From NCBI GenBank assembly GCA_963786935.1, contig CAWBAN010000002.1:192001-256000 (forward strand): a stretch of DNA of 64,000 bases, in the 5' to 3' direction. The notes beneath the pieces were generated by a model, which had not been told where the DNA came from, did not search any database, and saw only the letters and a list, made by a program, of their open reading frames with translations. Made by a program: the position numbers and the translations under genes. The DNA is from an uncultured bacterium. GTDB lineage: Bacteria; Krumholzibacteriota; Krumholzibacteriia; Krumholzibacteriales; Krumholzibacteriaceae. This document shows positions 48,346-58,934 of this stretch, in pieces. Positions within the stretch are counted from its first letter, which is position 1. Every line of letters begins with the position of its first letter.

Positions 48346-49430
48346 GTCGTCGCGCGGTTCTTGCGCTCGGGCTCGCGTTGCTGCTTGAAATGCCGGGCTG
48401 CGGCGGCGACGAGACCCCTGTAGCGCCGGCCCCCGAGCTCGAGACCCGCGGAACTCCGTTCGTTCTTTACCTGTCTCCCCTCGGCGCGGACAGCCTGAGC
48501 GGGCTCACCCCCGACGAAGCGCTTCTGACGCTCGCCGGCGCGCAAACGAGGCTCAGACAGTACAAGCCCGTCATCGATCAGGATGTCGAGATCCGGATCC
48601 GGTTCGTCGCGGCGACGCCGTATCTCGGACAGACGGTGGACTGGACGCACGTATCCCCGGATCACACGATCAGCTTCCTGCCGGAGGATTATCGCACCAT
48701 AGGCACGATCGGCGTCACGGCCGGTCGCCCGGTATTCGATGGGCAGGGGGCCGACGATTGGTTCTTCGATCTGCATTACCCGGAAATCGGGGAAACCGGC
48801 AGCCGCACGAACGTGCGCTTCTATTACCTGAGCATTCAGGGCTATGTGCCTGGCGCGATTCGATTCCGCGGCGAATGGAACGGCGGATCCGGCGGGAGCG
48901 GTTGGAACGGCTGCAACGTCGTATTCGGCTGCTACTTCTACCGGCTGGGCAACCTGCACTTCGCGAGCGATTCCCTGGGCTACGGCGCGCTCGATCTCGT
49001 GAATTCCGATAGCAACGTCATCGCGAACAACCGGTTCGATTACATCGAGAACGGGGGCGAAGACGGCGCGCTTCTCCATGCCGTCTACCTCGCGCACAAC
49101 AGCGAGCACAACAAAATCGCCGGCAACAGCTTCGCGTACGTGAGCGGCGATCCCATCCGGGTTCGCGACTGCAGCAATTACAACGCGGTCATCGGCAATT
49201 CGTTTCGACGCGCCGGAAATCTCGCGTACATGAGCGACTGGTATGCGGAAGGAGAGTGCCGCTCATGGGAGAACGAGTTCCGCGACAACGCTTCGTTGGG
49301 CTTCGGCTACTCGGGACGGCGCCTCGAATACGGCTGGCTGCTGTTCGACAATTATGATGAGGGATCGAATTGCCCGATCGGCGGGCGCCGGTTCTACTCG
49401 AGCGGCAACGATTGGTTCATGAGGCCGTAG
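48342..49430 (+). CDS. Right-handed beta-helix lipoprotein
   Basis: Lipobox-like MPGC; repeated N.I.NN.F motifs. Confidence 0.7.
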   Translation: MSRRAVLALGLALLLEMPGCGGDETPVAPAPELETRGTPFVLYLSPLGADSLSGLTPDEALLTLAGAQTRLRQYKPVIDQDVEIRIRFVAATPYLGQTVDWTHVSPDHTISFLPEDYRTIGTIGVTAGRPVFDGQGADDWFFDLHYPEIGETGSRTNVRFYYLSIQGYVPGAIRFRGEWNGGSGGSGWNGCNVVFGCYFYRLGNLHFASDSLGYGALDLVNSDSNVIANNRFDYIENGGEDGALLHAVYLAHNSEHNKIAGNSFAYVSGDPIRVRDCSNYNAVIGNSFRRAGNLAYMSDWYAEGECRSWENEFRDNASLGFGYSGRRLEYGWLLFDNYDEGSNCPIGGRRFYSSGNDWFMRP

Positions 49431-49554
49431 CATATGCGTGCACCGTAACGATGATTCGCGCCGCGGATTTGTGGCGCCGGCCGCACAATTGTGCTAGAAT
49501 ACGGTTCATCCCGCAGAACAGCTGCTTTGTTGCAGTGGCGAAAGAGAGGGCGAA

Positions 49555-50202
49555 ATGCGTTGCGGAACGTTCGTTGTGCTCGTGCTGATTTTGATGGTCT
49601 GCGGATGCGCGACGTATGAAGATCGGGCGACCGTCACGCCGGTCGAGGGCGTCGATCGGCTTCCCACGAAGATAGCGGTGTACCCGCTGCTCACCGCGGA
49701 GACGGTGCAGTCGATCGAGCGGCCGCGCTACTATCCGGCGACGACCGCCGCGGCGGACGATCGATTGTATATCGTGGCGCCGGCGGAAACGAAGCTCGTG
49801 TCGACGATGCACAGCCAGCTCCTGACGGGGATGCTTGCGGCGCAGCTGTCCAAGCGGGGATTCACGCTGAAAGAGCTGCCGGTCGAGGTCCCCGCGGATC
49901 AATCCGAGAACGAGAAAACCAGCTTCTTCGTCAGCCTTGAAACCCTGAGGCGTCTTCGGGAAGACTACGGGCTCGAGGGGATTCTCGTCGGCAACGTATA
50001 CTTTGTCGCCGACGACCGGGATCGATCGGTCATCCGGGTGAAGGCCGTATACCTGCGGCTCGTGGATACCGGCACGCTCGACGTGCTGTGTCATGTGTGG
50101 ATTCCCGACAGCTACGCGGGAGAATCCATGGAAGAGGCGGCGCAGAGCCTCGCGTTTTCGCTCGCGCGGGAGGCGAAGCTCGTTTCGGCGCAATCGGAAT
50201 GA
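49555..50202 (+). CDS. Hypothetical lipoprotein
   Basis: Lipobox VCGC; GAGAGG RBS; TGcTAGAAT upstream. Confidence 0.7.
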   Translation: MRCGTFVVLVLILMVCGCATYEDRATVTPVEGVDRLPTKIAVYPLLTAETVQSIERPRYYPATTAAADDRLYIVAPAETKLVSTMHSQLLTGMLAAQLSKRGFTLKELPVEVPADQSENEKTSFFVSLETLRRLREDYGLEGILVGNVYFVADDRDRSVIRVKAVYLRLVDTGTLDVLCHVWIPDSYAGESMEEAAQSLAFSLAREAKLVSAQSE

Positions 50203-50225
50203 TCAGGATGCATTGAGCCCGGCGG

Positions 50226-52115
50226 CTAGAACCGCACGCGATAGGCCGCGACCGTGTTGCTCTCGAACGTCGGGATGACGACCATATCGCTTCCCGGCAT
50301 ATACGCGAAATCGGCGGCGCCCGTCTGGAGCACGGACGTATCGAGAATCTTCGTGACCGCGCCCGCGCGGGACACCCGGTAGAGCCTTCCCTCGTTGTGA
50401 GACACGAGCATGTCGCCGCCGCCGGCGGCCGAGATGCCGTCGATCGTCCCCGACGGCCAGCGCGCGATCGTGCGGATCTCCTTCGTCGCGAGATCGATCG
50501 ATTTGAGCGCGCACTCGGCGTTGCAGCCGACGACGAGCGCGCCGTCGTCGAGGAGAATGCCGTTCGGCCGCGCGATCGCCGGCCCCGCGAGCCATTCCTC
50601 GCACGCGCCGCCGGCGATTCGATAGATGCAGTTCTTGAACGAGTCGGTCACGTACATCGTCCCCGCGTCGTCGACGGCGATGTCGTTCGGGAACGCGGCG
50701 CCCGGCATGAAGTGCCGCTTCACGATCTGCCGCGAAGCGATGTCGATCTCCCCGACCGCCGCCCGCATGACGACATAGAGCCTGTCGCCGGCGACCGCCA
50801 TCCCTGTCGGATTCGTGACGCCGCCCGCCCATTCGGCCTCCACCATCTTGCCGTCGAGGGAGAGCTTCGATATGAACTGCTTGCCCATGACGCCCCGATG
50901 ATAGCCGTCGTAGTTCGAGACGTAGAGCGCGTTCCGGCCGGCGTCGTGCACGACGCACTCGGGAACGGCGAAGGCGCGGCCCGTTTCCCAGAGCTTCTCG
51001 ACGCCCGGGGCGCCGTAGACCGCGTCGCCGAGGCGCGCCGTGAAGCCCCACCCGCCGAAGCTCTCGGCGAGCGCGAAGACGAGCTCGTTCGATCCCTTCC
51101 GGAGAGGGAGATACACGGCGTCGAAACAGCCGACGATCCCCTGAAACGAGGCGTCGCGGAGGCGGTACGAGTTGTCGCCGGAGAATACGTTCGTGCCGTT
51201 GAGGAATATCACGACGGCGTCGCTGTATCCGAACTCGAGCTTCCGGAGCGTGTCGCGCCCGGCCTCGATTATCGTTTTGGCGAAGACGAGGCCCGGCGCG
51301 GGATCCGTCTTCTCGACATGCCGCGCGACGTCGACGAGCCCGGACGGCTCGCTCGTCACGGTCTGCCACGCCGCGTCCCCGAGCACTTCCGCGGAGGGAT
51401 ACCGCTCCATATCGATCCCGCCGGAATCGAAGATGCGCGACAGCTGCCACGGGCGAATCACGCCCGGCGGCGTCTCCGCGAACGGAGCTGGCCCGAAATC
51501 GAGCCGGTCGTCGGCCCGATAGCTGAAGTTCGAGAAATAGGCCGATTTGTCCGCGGGTCCCATGAGCCCGATCCCGCCGGCCGAATCGCCGCGCTTGAGG
51601 TCGGTGACGACGAGGGCCGGGCGCTCCATGTCGCCGACGAAGAGGCGCGCCCGCGTCCCGTTCACCTCGAGCTTCACGTGGACCCAAGCGTCTCGCGGGA
51701 GCTCCACCCCGGCCGTATACCCGGTCCCGTTGTACAGCTGCCACCCCTCGATGCCGTTGAAGCTCGGGGCGTACTGGATCGCGTTGTCGAACACGCCCGC
51801 GACGTGCGGACGGATGTAGACGCGCTCGAAGTCCCCGTCCCCCTGCATGCGGAAGACGATGCCGGGATAGGACCGCGCCCCGGTTACGGCGATATCGACC
51901 TCGATGACACCGTTCCGAAATTCGAGGCCCTTCAGGGTGGCGAACCCCATCAGGCTCGGCCGCCCGAGGTGATCGGCGCGGACTGCGTTGTCCATGGCCC
52001 ATGCGTCGGAATCGAAGGGGACCGCCGTGCTCTGCGCATGGGCCGATGCGCAGAGGCAGCACAGAAACGGCAGCGAAACAGCGAGAATCGCAGATCGGCT
52101 GAAACGGGTCGGCAT
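50226..52115 (-). CDS. Secreted protein with C-terminal SMP-30/gluconolactonase-like beta-propeller
   Basis: Signal peptide; PECV...LYVSN, FPNDIAVD..G.MYVTDS, PNGI, IDGI. Confidence 0.75.
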   Translation of the reverse strand: MPTRFSRSAILAVSLPFLCCLCASAHAQSTAVPFDSDAWAMDNAVRADHLGRPSLMGFATLKGLEFRNGVIEVDIAVTGARSYPGIVFRMQGDGDFERVYIRPHVAGVFDNAIQYAPSFNGIEGWQLYNGTGYTAGVELPRDAWVHVKLEVNGTRARLFVGDMERPALVVTDLKRGDSAGGIGLMGPADKSAYFSNFSYRADDRLDFGPAPFAETPPGVIRPWQLSRIFDSGGIDMERYPSAEVLGDAAWQTVTSEPSGLVDVARHVEKTDPAPGLVFAKTIIEAGRDTLRKLEFGYSDAVVIFLNGTNVFSGDNSYRLRDASFQGIVGCFDAVYLPLRKGSNELVFALAESFGGWGFTARLGDAVYGAPGVEKLWETGRAFAVPECVVHDAGRNALYVSNYDGYHRGVMGKQFISKLSLDGKMVEAEWAGGVTNPTGMAVAGDRLYVVMRAAVGEIDIASRQIVKRHFMPGAAFPNDIAVDDAGTMYVTDSFKNCIYRIAGGACEEWLAGPAIARPNGILLDDGALVVGCNAECALKSIDLATKEIRTIARWPSGTIDGISAAGGGDMLVSHNEGRLYRVSRAGAVTKILDTSVLQTGAADFAYMPGSDMVVIPTFESNTVAAYRVRF

Positions 52116-52238
52116 ATCGCGCGCCATCCTTTCGTCCGGTGGACCACGATGTTGTACACGAAGAGCCCCGCGAAGTGCCGGGAAAATCGGCTGCCGCAGC
52201 GTCTTGCCACAGGGCGCGAAATGCTCTACCATGGAGCC

Positions 52239-52808
52239 ATGCCGGAGCACGAGCATCATAAGCGCTATGCAGGCGGGCCCGAGCGTCTGCGCTCGCCGGA
52301 GCGGATCGCGCGCCTCGAGGTCGAGCGCGTCGTGACGCTCAGCGTCGAGGGGCTCGCGGCGTCCCGCGTGCTCGACGTCGGTACGGGCACCGGTCTCTTC
52401 GCGGAGGCGTTCGCGGCGAAGGGTCTCGCGGTCGCGGGCATAGATCCGGACAAAGAGATGCTCGCCATCGCCGCCCGCCTCGTCCGGAGCGCCGAGTTCA
52501 AGGAGGGAACCGCCGAAGCGATTCCCTACGGCGACGGATCGTTCGATATCGCCTTTCTCGGCCAGATGCTGCACGAGGCGGACGATCCGGCAGCGGCGCT
52601 GCGGGAGGCGCGCCGGGTGTCGACGCGGAGGGTCGTCGTCCTGGAGTGGCCGTATCTAAAGGAAGAGCAGGGGCCCCCGATCGAGCACCGGCTCAAGGAG
52701 GAGACCGTCGTCGGGCTCGCCGCGCAGGCCGGCCTCGGGATCGTCGATCGGGTTCGGCTTACGCGCATGACGCTCTACCGGATGTCGATCGATGGGGGGC
52801 AGGATTAA
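52239..52808 (+). CDS. Class I SAM-dependent methyltransferase
   Basis: VLDVGTGTG, IPYGDGSFD, LHE, GPP..HRL. Confidence 0.85.
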   Translation: MPEHEHHKRYAGGPERLRSPERIARLEVERVVTLSVEGLAASRVLDVGTGTGLFAEAFAAKGLAVAGIDPDKEMLAIAARLVRSAEFKEGTAEAIPYGDGSFDIAFLGQMLHEADDPAAALREARRVSTRRVVVLEWPYLKEEQGPPIEHRLKEETVVGLAAQAGLGIVDRVRLTRMTLYRMSIDGGQD

Positions 52809-52823
52809 CCGCAGGAGAAGATA

Positions 52824-53588
52824 ATGAGGACAAGAATGGCGATTCTCTGGATGGTTGTGCCGTGCGCGCTGGCTTTCGGCTGGGATGGCGCGGCTGCGGG
52901 CGATCCGCCGCCTCCCTTCGAGGTGGAGATCGAGGGCGGTGCGGTCTGGCAGACGGTGAACGACGTGCAGATTCCGAACGACGCGAGCGGCACGAGGTTC
53001 TCCATCGTCGACGTGATCGGTTCCGGGCCCTATCCGGCGGGGAGGATGTACTTCACGTGGAACGTGAACGAGCGGCACGGCGTGCGGCTGCTGCTCGCGC
53101 CGTTCTCCGTCACGGACACCGGCGAGATCGCGGCGCCGGTTCATTTCGCGGGAGAGACGTTCGAGCCGGGAGAGGTGCAGGCGACCTACCGGTTCAACTC
53201 GTGGCGCGCGACGTACCGGTATCGGTTCAGGAGCGGCGAGCGCGCCACGTGGTGGATCGGATTCACCGCGAAGATACGCGACGCGAAAATTGAGCTCGAT
53301 CAGGAAGGCGCCACGGCGCGCAAGATAGACGTCGGATTCGTCCCGCTCCTTCATTTCGCCGGCTCGGTCCGTCTCCGCGAGGGATTGTTCTTTGTCCTCG
53401 ATCTCGACGCGCTCGCGGGAGGCCCGGGGCGCGCGGAAGACGTCGCCCTCAAGCTCCAGTATGCCGCCGGCGACCGCTGGCGTCTTTCGGCGGGATACCG
53501 CACGGTGGAGGGGGGCGCCGACGTCGACGCGGTGTACACGTTCGCGTGGCTCCACTACGCGGTGCTGTCTGCGGAGATGGGATTCTAG
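52824..53588 (+). CDS. Putative outer-membrane beta-barrel protein
   Basis: Signal peptide, alternating beta-strands, terminal Phe. Confidence 0.7.
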   Translation: MRTRMAILWMVVPCALAFGWDGAAAGDPPPPFEVEIEGGAVWQTVNDVQIPNDASGTRFSIVDVIGSGPYPAGRMYFTWNVNERHGVRLLLAPFSVTDTGEIAAPVHFAGETFEPGEVQATYRFNSWRATYRYRFRSGERATWWIGFTAKIRDAKIELDQEGATARKIDVGFVPLLHFAGSVRLREGLFFVLDLDALAGGPGRAEDVALKLQYAAGDRWRLSAGYRTVEGGADVDAVYTFAWLHYAVLSAEMGF

Positions 53589-53641
53589 GAGGGCGGCCCG
53601 AGAGGGGCGGCCTCGCTGCCCGGCTGCTGGAGGACGGCGCA

Positions 53642-54394
53642 ATGGGCACTGACTTTTCGAATGTCTACAACGATCGCGCGCGCTCCGCGTCGTACGCGAA
53701 GCTCGAGTTCCCCGGCACGTACTATCTCGCGTTCAGGGATTTGCCGGAGATCATCGAACGACACGTGCCCCGCGGGCGCCCGCAGGGCGGGAGGGCCCTC
53801 GACTTCGGCTGCGGCACGGGGCGCTCGACGCGATTCCTCCGCGGGCTCGGATTCGACGTTGTCGGCATCGATATCTCCGAGCCGATGCTCGCGCTCGCGC
53901 GGGAGCGCGAGCCGGACGGCGAATACCGCCTCGTTCCCGACGGGGACCTCGAGGGCCTCGAGGCGAACGCCTTCGACGTCGTTCTCTCCGCTTTCACCCT
54001 CGACAACATCCCGACGCGGGAGCGGAAGGTGGCGCTGTTCCGGTCGCTGAAGCGGAGCCTCAGGCCCGGGGCGCGCATCGTGAGCCTCGTGTCGTCCCCG
54101 GACATCTACCTCAACGAATGGGCCTCGTTCTCGACGAAGGATTATCCGCAGAACCGGAACGCCCGGTGCGGCGACAAGGTGCTCATCGTGATGCTCGATG
54201 TCGATGACAAGCGCCCCGTGGAGGACATCGTCTGGACGGACGAGGGATACGACGACGTGTACGAGCGCGCGGGGCTTGCGATCGTCGAAAAGCGAAGGCC
54301 GCTCGCCAAGGAGAGCGAGCCGTACGTATGGGTGAACGAAACGAGGATCGCCCCGTGGGTGATCTATGTGCTAGGAGGACGCGATGACCGATAA
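53642..54394 (+). CDS. Class I SAM-dependent methyltransferase
   Basis: [24 protein letters not shown]. Confidence 0.88.
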   Translation: MGTDFSNVYNDRARSASYAKLEFPGTYYLAFRDLPEIIERHVPRGRPQGGRALDFGCGTGRSTRFLRGLGFDVVGIDISEPMLALAREREPDGEYRLVPDGDLEGLEANAFDVVLSAFTLDNIPTRERKVALFRSLKRSLRPGARIVSLVSSPDIYLNEWASFSTKDYPQNRNARCGDKVLIVMLDVDDKRPVEDIVWTDEGYDDVYERAGLAIVEKRRPLAKESEPYVWVNETRIAPWVIYVLGGRDDR

Positions 54395-54635
54395 GAAACC
54401 CCGTGTCGAGGAGTTCGAGGTCGACGGCGACAAGGTCGTCGAAACGGTGAAGCGGCTCGTTCACGAGGGCAATATTCGCCGCATCACGATCAAGAACGAA
54501 GAGGGAAAGAGCCTGATCGAGATCCCGCTGACCTTCGGCGTGGTCGGCGCGGTGCTGCTGCCGACCCTGGCCGCGCTCGGCGCGCTCGCCGCGCTGGTCA
54601 CCCATTGCACGATCGTCGTGGAGCGGACGGAATGA
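54384..54635 (+). CDS. DUF4342-domain protein
   Basis: [14 protein letters not shown]...LIEIPLT.G. Confidence 0.85.
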   Translation: MTDKKPRVEEFEVDGDKVVETVKRLVHEGNIRRITIKNEEGKSLIEIPLTFGVVGAVLLPTLAALGALAALVTHCTIVVERTE

Positions 54636-54672
54636 CGATCCGGCGCGCCGGTCCTGCCGCGGGAGAGTTCGC

Positions 54673-55098
54673 ATGATTCGAATAAGCCGCGGCATCGCCA
54701 TAGCCGAATCCGAAATCGCATTCGAGTTCATCCGGTCTTCCGGCCCCGGCGGGCAGAACGTGAACAAGGTGGCGACCGCCGTTCGCCTGACATTCGATAT
54801 TCGCCGCTCACCGTCCCTCCCGGCGGATGTCCGCGAACGGCTGACGGCGCTCGCGGGGAAGCGGGCGGATACGGACGGCGTTCTCTCGATCGTCGCGCGC
54901 CGCCACCGGACGCAGGAGGCGAATCGCAGGGACGCCGTCGAGCGGTTCGTCGAGCTCGTGCGGCGCGCCGCGGAGCGGCCCCGGGAGCGGCGCGAAACGA
55001 AACCGACGGCGGCGGCCAAACGCCGCCGGCTCGAGGCCAAGCGTCTCAGGGCGCGGACGAAAACGGGACGCGGGCCGGTTCGGGACGCGGACGAATAG
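54673..55098 (+). CDS. arfB: Alternative ribosome-rescue peptidyl-tRNA hydrolase
   Basis: RSSGPGGQNVNKV, R.Q..NR, basic C-terminal tail R.ETKPT...RRLEAK. Confidence 0.93.
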   Translation: MIRISRGIAIAESEIAFEFIRSSGPGGQNVNKVATAVRLTFDIRRSPSLPADVRERLTALAGKRADTDGVLSIVARRHRTQEANRRDAVERFVELVRRAAERPRERRETKPTAAAKRRRLEAKRLRARTKTGRGPVRDADE

Positions 55099-55132
55099 CG
55101 CGGCATCGGATCGTGCTGAACGGAGGGAACAC

Positions 55133-55993
55133 ATGAAGAAGATAGAAAGGATCGCCGTTCTGGCCGCGCTCGCCGTTGCGGTCCTGGGGCGCGCGGCCCT
55201 TGCCGCCGACGAATCGAAAATCGGCATCAAGGCCTGGTACGGCGTCAGCGGATACCCGAGCGGCGGGGATATCGTGACCGCGCCCTACAAAGCTATCGAT
55301 GACAGCCCGGATATCTTCGACTCGAGAACGGCCATGCAGTATCATCCCGACCAGAAGTTCGGCAAGACGGTCTATGGTGCGGTCACCTATCGGGTCAAGC
55401 GCAGCATCGAGCTGGAAATGGGCTTCGGCTACACGGATCTTCAGCTGGAGATGACGCAGCACTATGGAACGGGAGCATGGGACCGCAGTGTCGATCCTCC
55501 CGTGTACCATCCCCTGCGCTATAGTACCCAAGATTATCCTACGCAGACAGATGGGGAGTACAGCTACATGACCTTCCGCCCGGCGCTGAATCTCCTGTGG
55601 TCGTCGAGATCGTGGCTGAGGCCGTACGTGGGCATCGGATTCGATATCATGCGCGTGAAAGGGAAGGGCGATCTGGACTTTGCCGTGCCGTACGTGACGC
55701 AAGCCGGGCCCAATTATTATCTGAACTATAGAACGGAGCGGCTCGATTTCGAAGGATCGAGCATGGTCTACGGATTGGATCTGGCGAGCGGTCTCGAGTT
55801 CGTGATCACCTCGGCCGTATCGGTGAATTTCGGAGTCTCGTACATGTTTCAGTTCAACGGGGCGTTCGAGGATTTCGGCTCGATGGTGAAGGAGAATCCG
55901 GCGGCGCCCATCATCACGGATGTGCAGTACTTCACCGAGGGGATGACCATGTCGAACGTGAGCTTCACCCTCGGCTTCGTGTTCCATTTGTAG
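55133..55993 (+). CDS. Outer-membrane beta-barrel protein (OmpW/OmpA-like)
   Basis: Signal peptide, LRPYVGIG, terminal FTLGFVFHL. Confidence 0.7.
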   Translation: MKKIERIAVLAALAVAVLGRAALAADESKIGIKAWYGVSGYPSGGDIVTAPYKAIDDSPDIFDSRTAMQYHPDQKFGKTVYGAVTYRVKRSIELEMGFGYTDLQLEMTQHYGTGAWDRSVDPPVYHPLRYSTQDYPTQTDGEYSYMTFRPALNLLWSSRSWLRPYVGIGFDIMRVKGKGDLDFAVPYVTQAGPNYYLNYRTERLDFEGSSMVYGLDLASGLEFVITSAVSVNFGVSYMFQFNGAFEDFGSMVKENPAAPIITDVQYFTEGMTMSNVSFTLGFVFHL

Positions 55994-56103
55994 GGAGCGA
56001 AGATTCGACGTCGCTTTTCCGGTGGCGCGTCCCGGATTGCGGAGTATCTTCATGTCGACAGTCAAATGACGGCGACACGACGCAATCGCGGGAGGAGACG
56101 GTC

Positions 56104-57156
56104 ATGAAATCGATGCCCGACCATGCAGAAATGGAGAGAGCCTTCAGAGACAAGGACGGCTCGTACGACGGACTGTTTTACGTCGGGGTCAGGACGACGG
56201 GCGTTTTCTGCCGGCCGGTTTGTCCCGCGCGAAGGCCGCTTCCCGAACACATCGAGTTCTTTCCGTCGCCCAAGGAGGCGCTCTTCGCCGGCTATCGGCC
56301 GTGCAAGCGCTGCGAGCCGCTCAAGGCCGGCGGCGAGATCCCCGCGTGGGCGGCCGGGCTGATCGAACGGATCGAGCGCGATCCCTCGATCAGGATCAGG
56401 GAGACCGATCTCCGCGAAGCGGGCATCGAGCCGGCGAAGGCGCGTCGCTTCTTTCTGAGCAGATTCGGCATGACGTTCCAGGCGTACTGCCGGGCGCGCC
56501 GGCTCGGACGGGCGTTCGACGAGATCAAGAGCGGCAAGCGCCTCGACGACGTCATCCTGGGCCACGGCTTCGAATCGCACAGCGGATTCCGCGACGCGTT
56601 TCTCAATCGCTTCGGGAAGCCGCCCGGCAAGATGAGAAACGAGGACTTCATCAGGCTCGCGTGGATCGAGACTCCGCTCGGTCCGATGGCCGCCGGCGCG
56701 ACGGCTGCGAAGCTCTGCTTCCTCGAATTCACCGACCGCAGGATGCTCGAGGCGCAGCTCGAGACGCTCGCGCGCAGGTTCGGCATGCCGATCGCGCCGG
56801 GCGAGAACGCGGTGCTCGCGAAAACGCGAAGCGAGCTCGAGCGCTATTTCGCCGGCTCGCTGAAGCGCTTCTCCGTTCCGGTCGAATATCCGGGCACCGA
56901 GTTCCAGACGCGCGTCTGGAAGGCGCTCCTCGGGATTCCCTACGGAGAGACGCGGAGCTACGAGGACATCGCCCGGACGGTCGGAAGCCCCGGCGCGGTC
57001 CGCGCGGTCGGGACCGCGAATGGAAAGAACCGGATCGCCGTCATTATTCCGTGCCATCGCGTGGTCAACAAGAGCGGCGAGCTCGGCGGCTACGGCGGCG
57101 GCCTCTGGCGGAAGCGGCGGCTGCTCGATATCGAGCAGGGATCGGCGGGAGCATGA
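56104..57156 (+). CDS. ada: Bifunctional Ada transcriptional activator / O6-methylguanine-DNA methyltransferase
   Basis: TTGVFCRPVC and GYRPCKRC Zn site, AraC-type HTH, IPYGETRSY, IPCHRVV. Confidence 0.93.
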   Translation: MKSMPDHAEMERAFRDKDGSYDGLFYVGVRTTGVFCRPVCPARRPLPEHIEFFPSPKEALFAGYRPCKRCEPLKAGGEIPAWAAGLIERIERDPSIRIRETDLREAGIEPAKARRFFLSRFGMTFQAYCRARRLGRAFDEIKSGKRLDDVILGHGFESHSGFRDAFLNRFGKPPGKMRNEDFIRLAWIETPLGPMAAGATAAKLCFLEFTDRRMLEAQLETLARRFGMPIAPGENAVLAKTRSELERYFAGSLKRFSVPVEYPGTEFQTRVWKALLGIPYGETRSYEDIARTVGSPGAVRAVGTANGKNRIAVIIPCHRVVNKSGELGGYGGGLWRKRRLLDIEQGSAGA

Positions 57157-57626
57157 TTCGGGAAGCGCCGATCGGGCGATGGATCTGGCTGCTGCCCGCG
57201 GCGTACGCGTTCCACGTGATGGAGGAGGCGTACGGCGGGCACGGTCTCATCGGATGGATGAACGAGCGGGGAGGCATCCATCTCTCGATGGCGGCGTTTC
57301 TCTGCTTGAACCTCATCGGCCTGGCGATCGTCGCCGTTGCGACGTGGGGCGCGCGGATGCACCGGTTGTGGCAGTGGCCGCTGGCGAGCGCCGGAACCAT
57401 TCTCTTTATGAACGGCCTGAGCCACGTCGCCGCGAGCATCGCGACGCGGCACTATGTTTCCGGTATGTGGACGGGTATCCTATTCTACGTTCCGTTGGGC
57501 GCGGCGCTGCTGCTCAGAGTGCAGCGTCTCGTGAGCCCGCTCATCTTTTGGGCGGCGGTTTCCGTCGGATTTGTGATTCACGCTGCCGTGCTGTGGATCG
57601 TCGTATTCGGTTCGCCGTGGTTCTGA
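57153..57626 (+). CDS. HXXEE-domain membrane protein
   Basis: HVMEE motif, N...H, Y..G..TG. Confidence 0.8.
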   Translation: MIREAPIGRWIWLLPAAYAFHVMEEAYGGHGLIGWMNERGGIHLSMAAFLCLNLIGLAIVAVATWGARMHRLWQWPLASAGTILFMNGLSHVAASIATRHYVSGMWTGILFYVPLGAALLLRVQRLVSPLIFWAAVSVGFVIHAAVLWIVVFGSPWF

Positions 57627-57674
57627 GCGCGGGTTGATGCTCCGCGGCGCGTCGCGCAGGAAAGGAATCGGGTA

Positions 57675-58223
57675 ATGAAGATAATGAAGGGAATGAAGAA
57701 GCTCGAGACGATGTTCGGCACGCATGGCTTCGGCGATTTCAAATGGATCTTGCCGTCGGAGATCGTCGTCGCGCAATGGGTGCGCATGAAGTGCATGTAC
57801 GGCTGCGGGTCGTACGGGAGGCTCGCCTGCTGCCCGCCCAACGTTCCGTCCGTCGCGGAGTGCCGCGCGTTCTTCGACGAGTACCGCGCCGCCGCCGTTT
57901 TCCATTTCGAGAAGAAGGTGAAGAAGCCGCAGGATCGGAGGCCGTGGGGGATCAGGGTGAACGCATCCCTGCTCAAGCTCGAGCGCGAGGTGTTTCTCTC
58001 GGGCTATCAGAAGGCGTTTCTGCTGCCCATGGATACGTGCCATCTCTGCCGCGACTGCGCCGTCGGGCGGGATGAATGCAAGCAGCCGAAACTGGCTCGC
58101 CCCGCGCCCGAGGCGCTCGCCGTGGACGTGTTCTCGACGGTGAGAAAATGCGGCTATCCGATCGAGGTTCTCGACGACTATTCCCGAACGATGAACCGCT
58201 ACGCCATCTTGCTGATCGAGTAG
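57675..58223 (+). CDS. DUF2284 metal-binding protein
   Basis: VRMKC.YGC..YG...CCPP, C.LC..C, ARP.PEA..VDV. Confidence 0.85.
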   Translation: MKIMKGMKKLETMFGTHGFGDFKWILPSEIVVAQWVRMKCMYGCGSYGRLACCPPNVPSVAECRAFFDEYRAAAVFHFEKKVKKPQDRRPWGIRVNASLLKLEREVFLSGYQKAFLLPMDTCHLCRDCAVGRDECKQPKLARPAPEALAVDVFSTVRKCGYPIEVLDDYSRTMNRYAILLIE

Positions 58224-58318
58224 ATTCGTGGTACAATAATAGTATACGGAAAAACGATTTCCGCGCGAGTTCAGGCTCGGCTTGTCGATATTCTCCGATG
58301 CCGAAGGAGGGATGTGCC

Positions 58319-58879
58319 ATGAGAGCTGTTGCGATCGCTTTGATCCTGCTTCTGCCGGCCGCCCTATCCGCGGGGCCGATAATGGGATTGTTTTTCGATA
58401 GCCCGCCCACGCTGCTATACGAAACGCCCCAGCCCTTTGAGCAGTTCCCCGGGTATGTTTTCGGTGAAGGTATCAGCTGTTACCTCGATGCCGCCGAGTT
58501 CATGGTGACAATGCCGCAGGGCCTCGTGATTATGTCATACTCGGTGCCCGAAGGATCTCTCACACTCGGCGCCCCCCAGTCCGGCGTTTCGATCACCTAC
58601 TGGCCGCCGCAGGACGGGTGGAATCCCGGATACAATTTGCTCTGCACGCTTCATTTCCTCTACGTCGGCGATAGATGCTGGTGTCCGTACGGCGGCCCGG
58701 CGATGGATCTCGTCGCGCGGATTGTTCCTCATCCGGCGAGCGGGGGGATTCTCGGCTCGTGCTATCCGGAGAACAATCTGATCGCTTTCACCGGACTCTA
58801 TTCGGTCATTTGTGCAAGCACGCTCTGCTGGGGAACGGAAAGCACGAGCTGGGGCTCCATCAAGTCGCTCTATAAGTGA
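58319..58879 (+). CDS. Secreted protein with WGxIKxLY tail
   Basis: AAGGAGG RBS, signal peptide, ends GTESTSWGSIKSLYK. Confidence 0.8.
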   Translation: MRAVAIALILLLPAALSAGPIMGLFFDSPPTLLYETPQPFEQFPGYVFGEGISCYLDAAEFMVTMPQGLVIMSYSVPEGSLTLGAPQSGVSITYWPPQDGWNPGYNLLCTLHFLYVGDRCWCPYGGPAMDLVARIVPHPASGGILGSCYPENNLIAFTGLYSVICASTLCWGTESTSWGSIKSLYK

Positions 58880-58934
58880 GAGCGTCGTTCGATTGCCCGC
58901 GGCGAAAGACCCCGCTATCCTTCGATGGGAATTT

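Noticed and set aside
44299..58879. Run of short, mostly + strand accessory genes between the arrays as former cassettes
   Set aside because: I found no attC remnants or matching core/inverse-core pairs at their boundaries. It remains possible but unsupported; a covariance-model scan would settle it.
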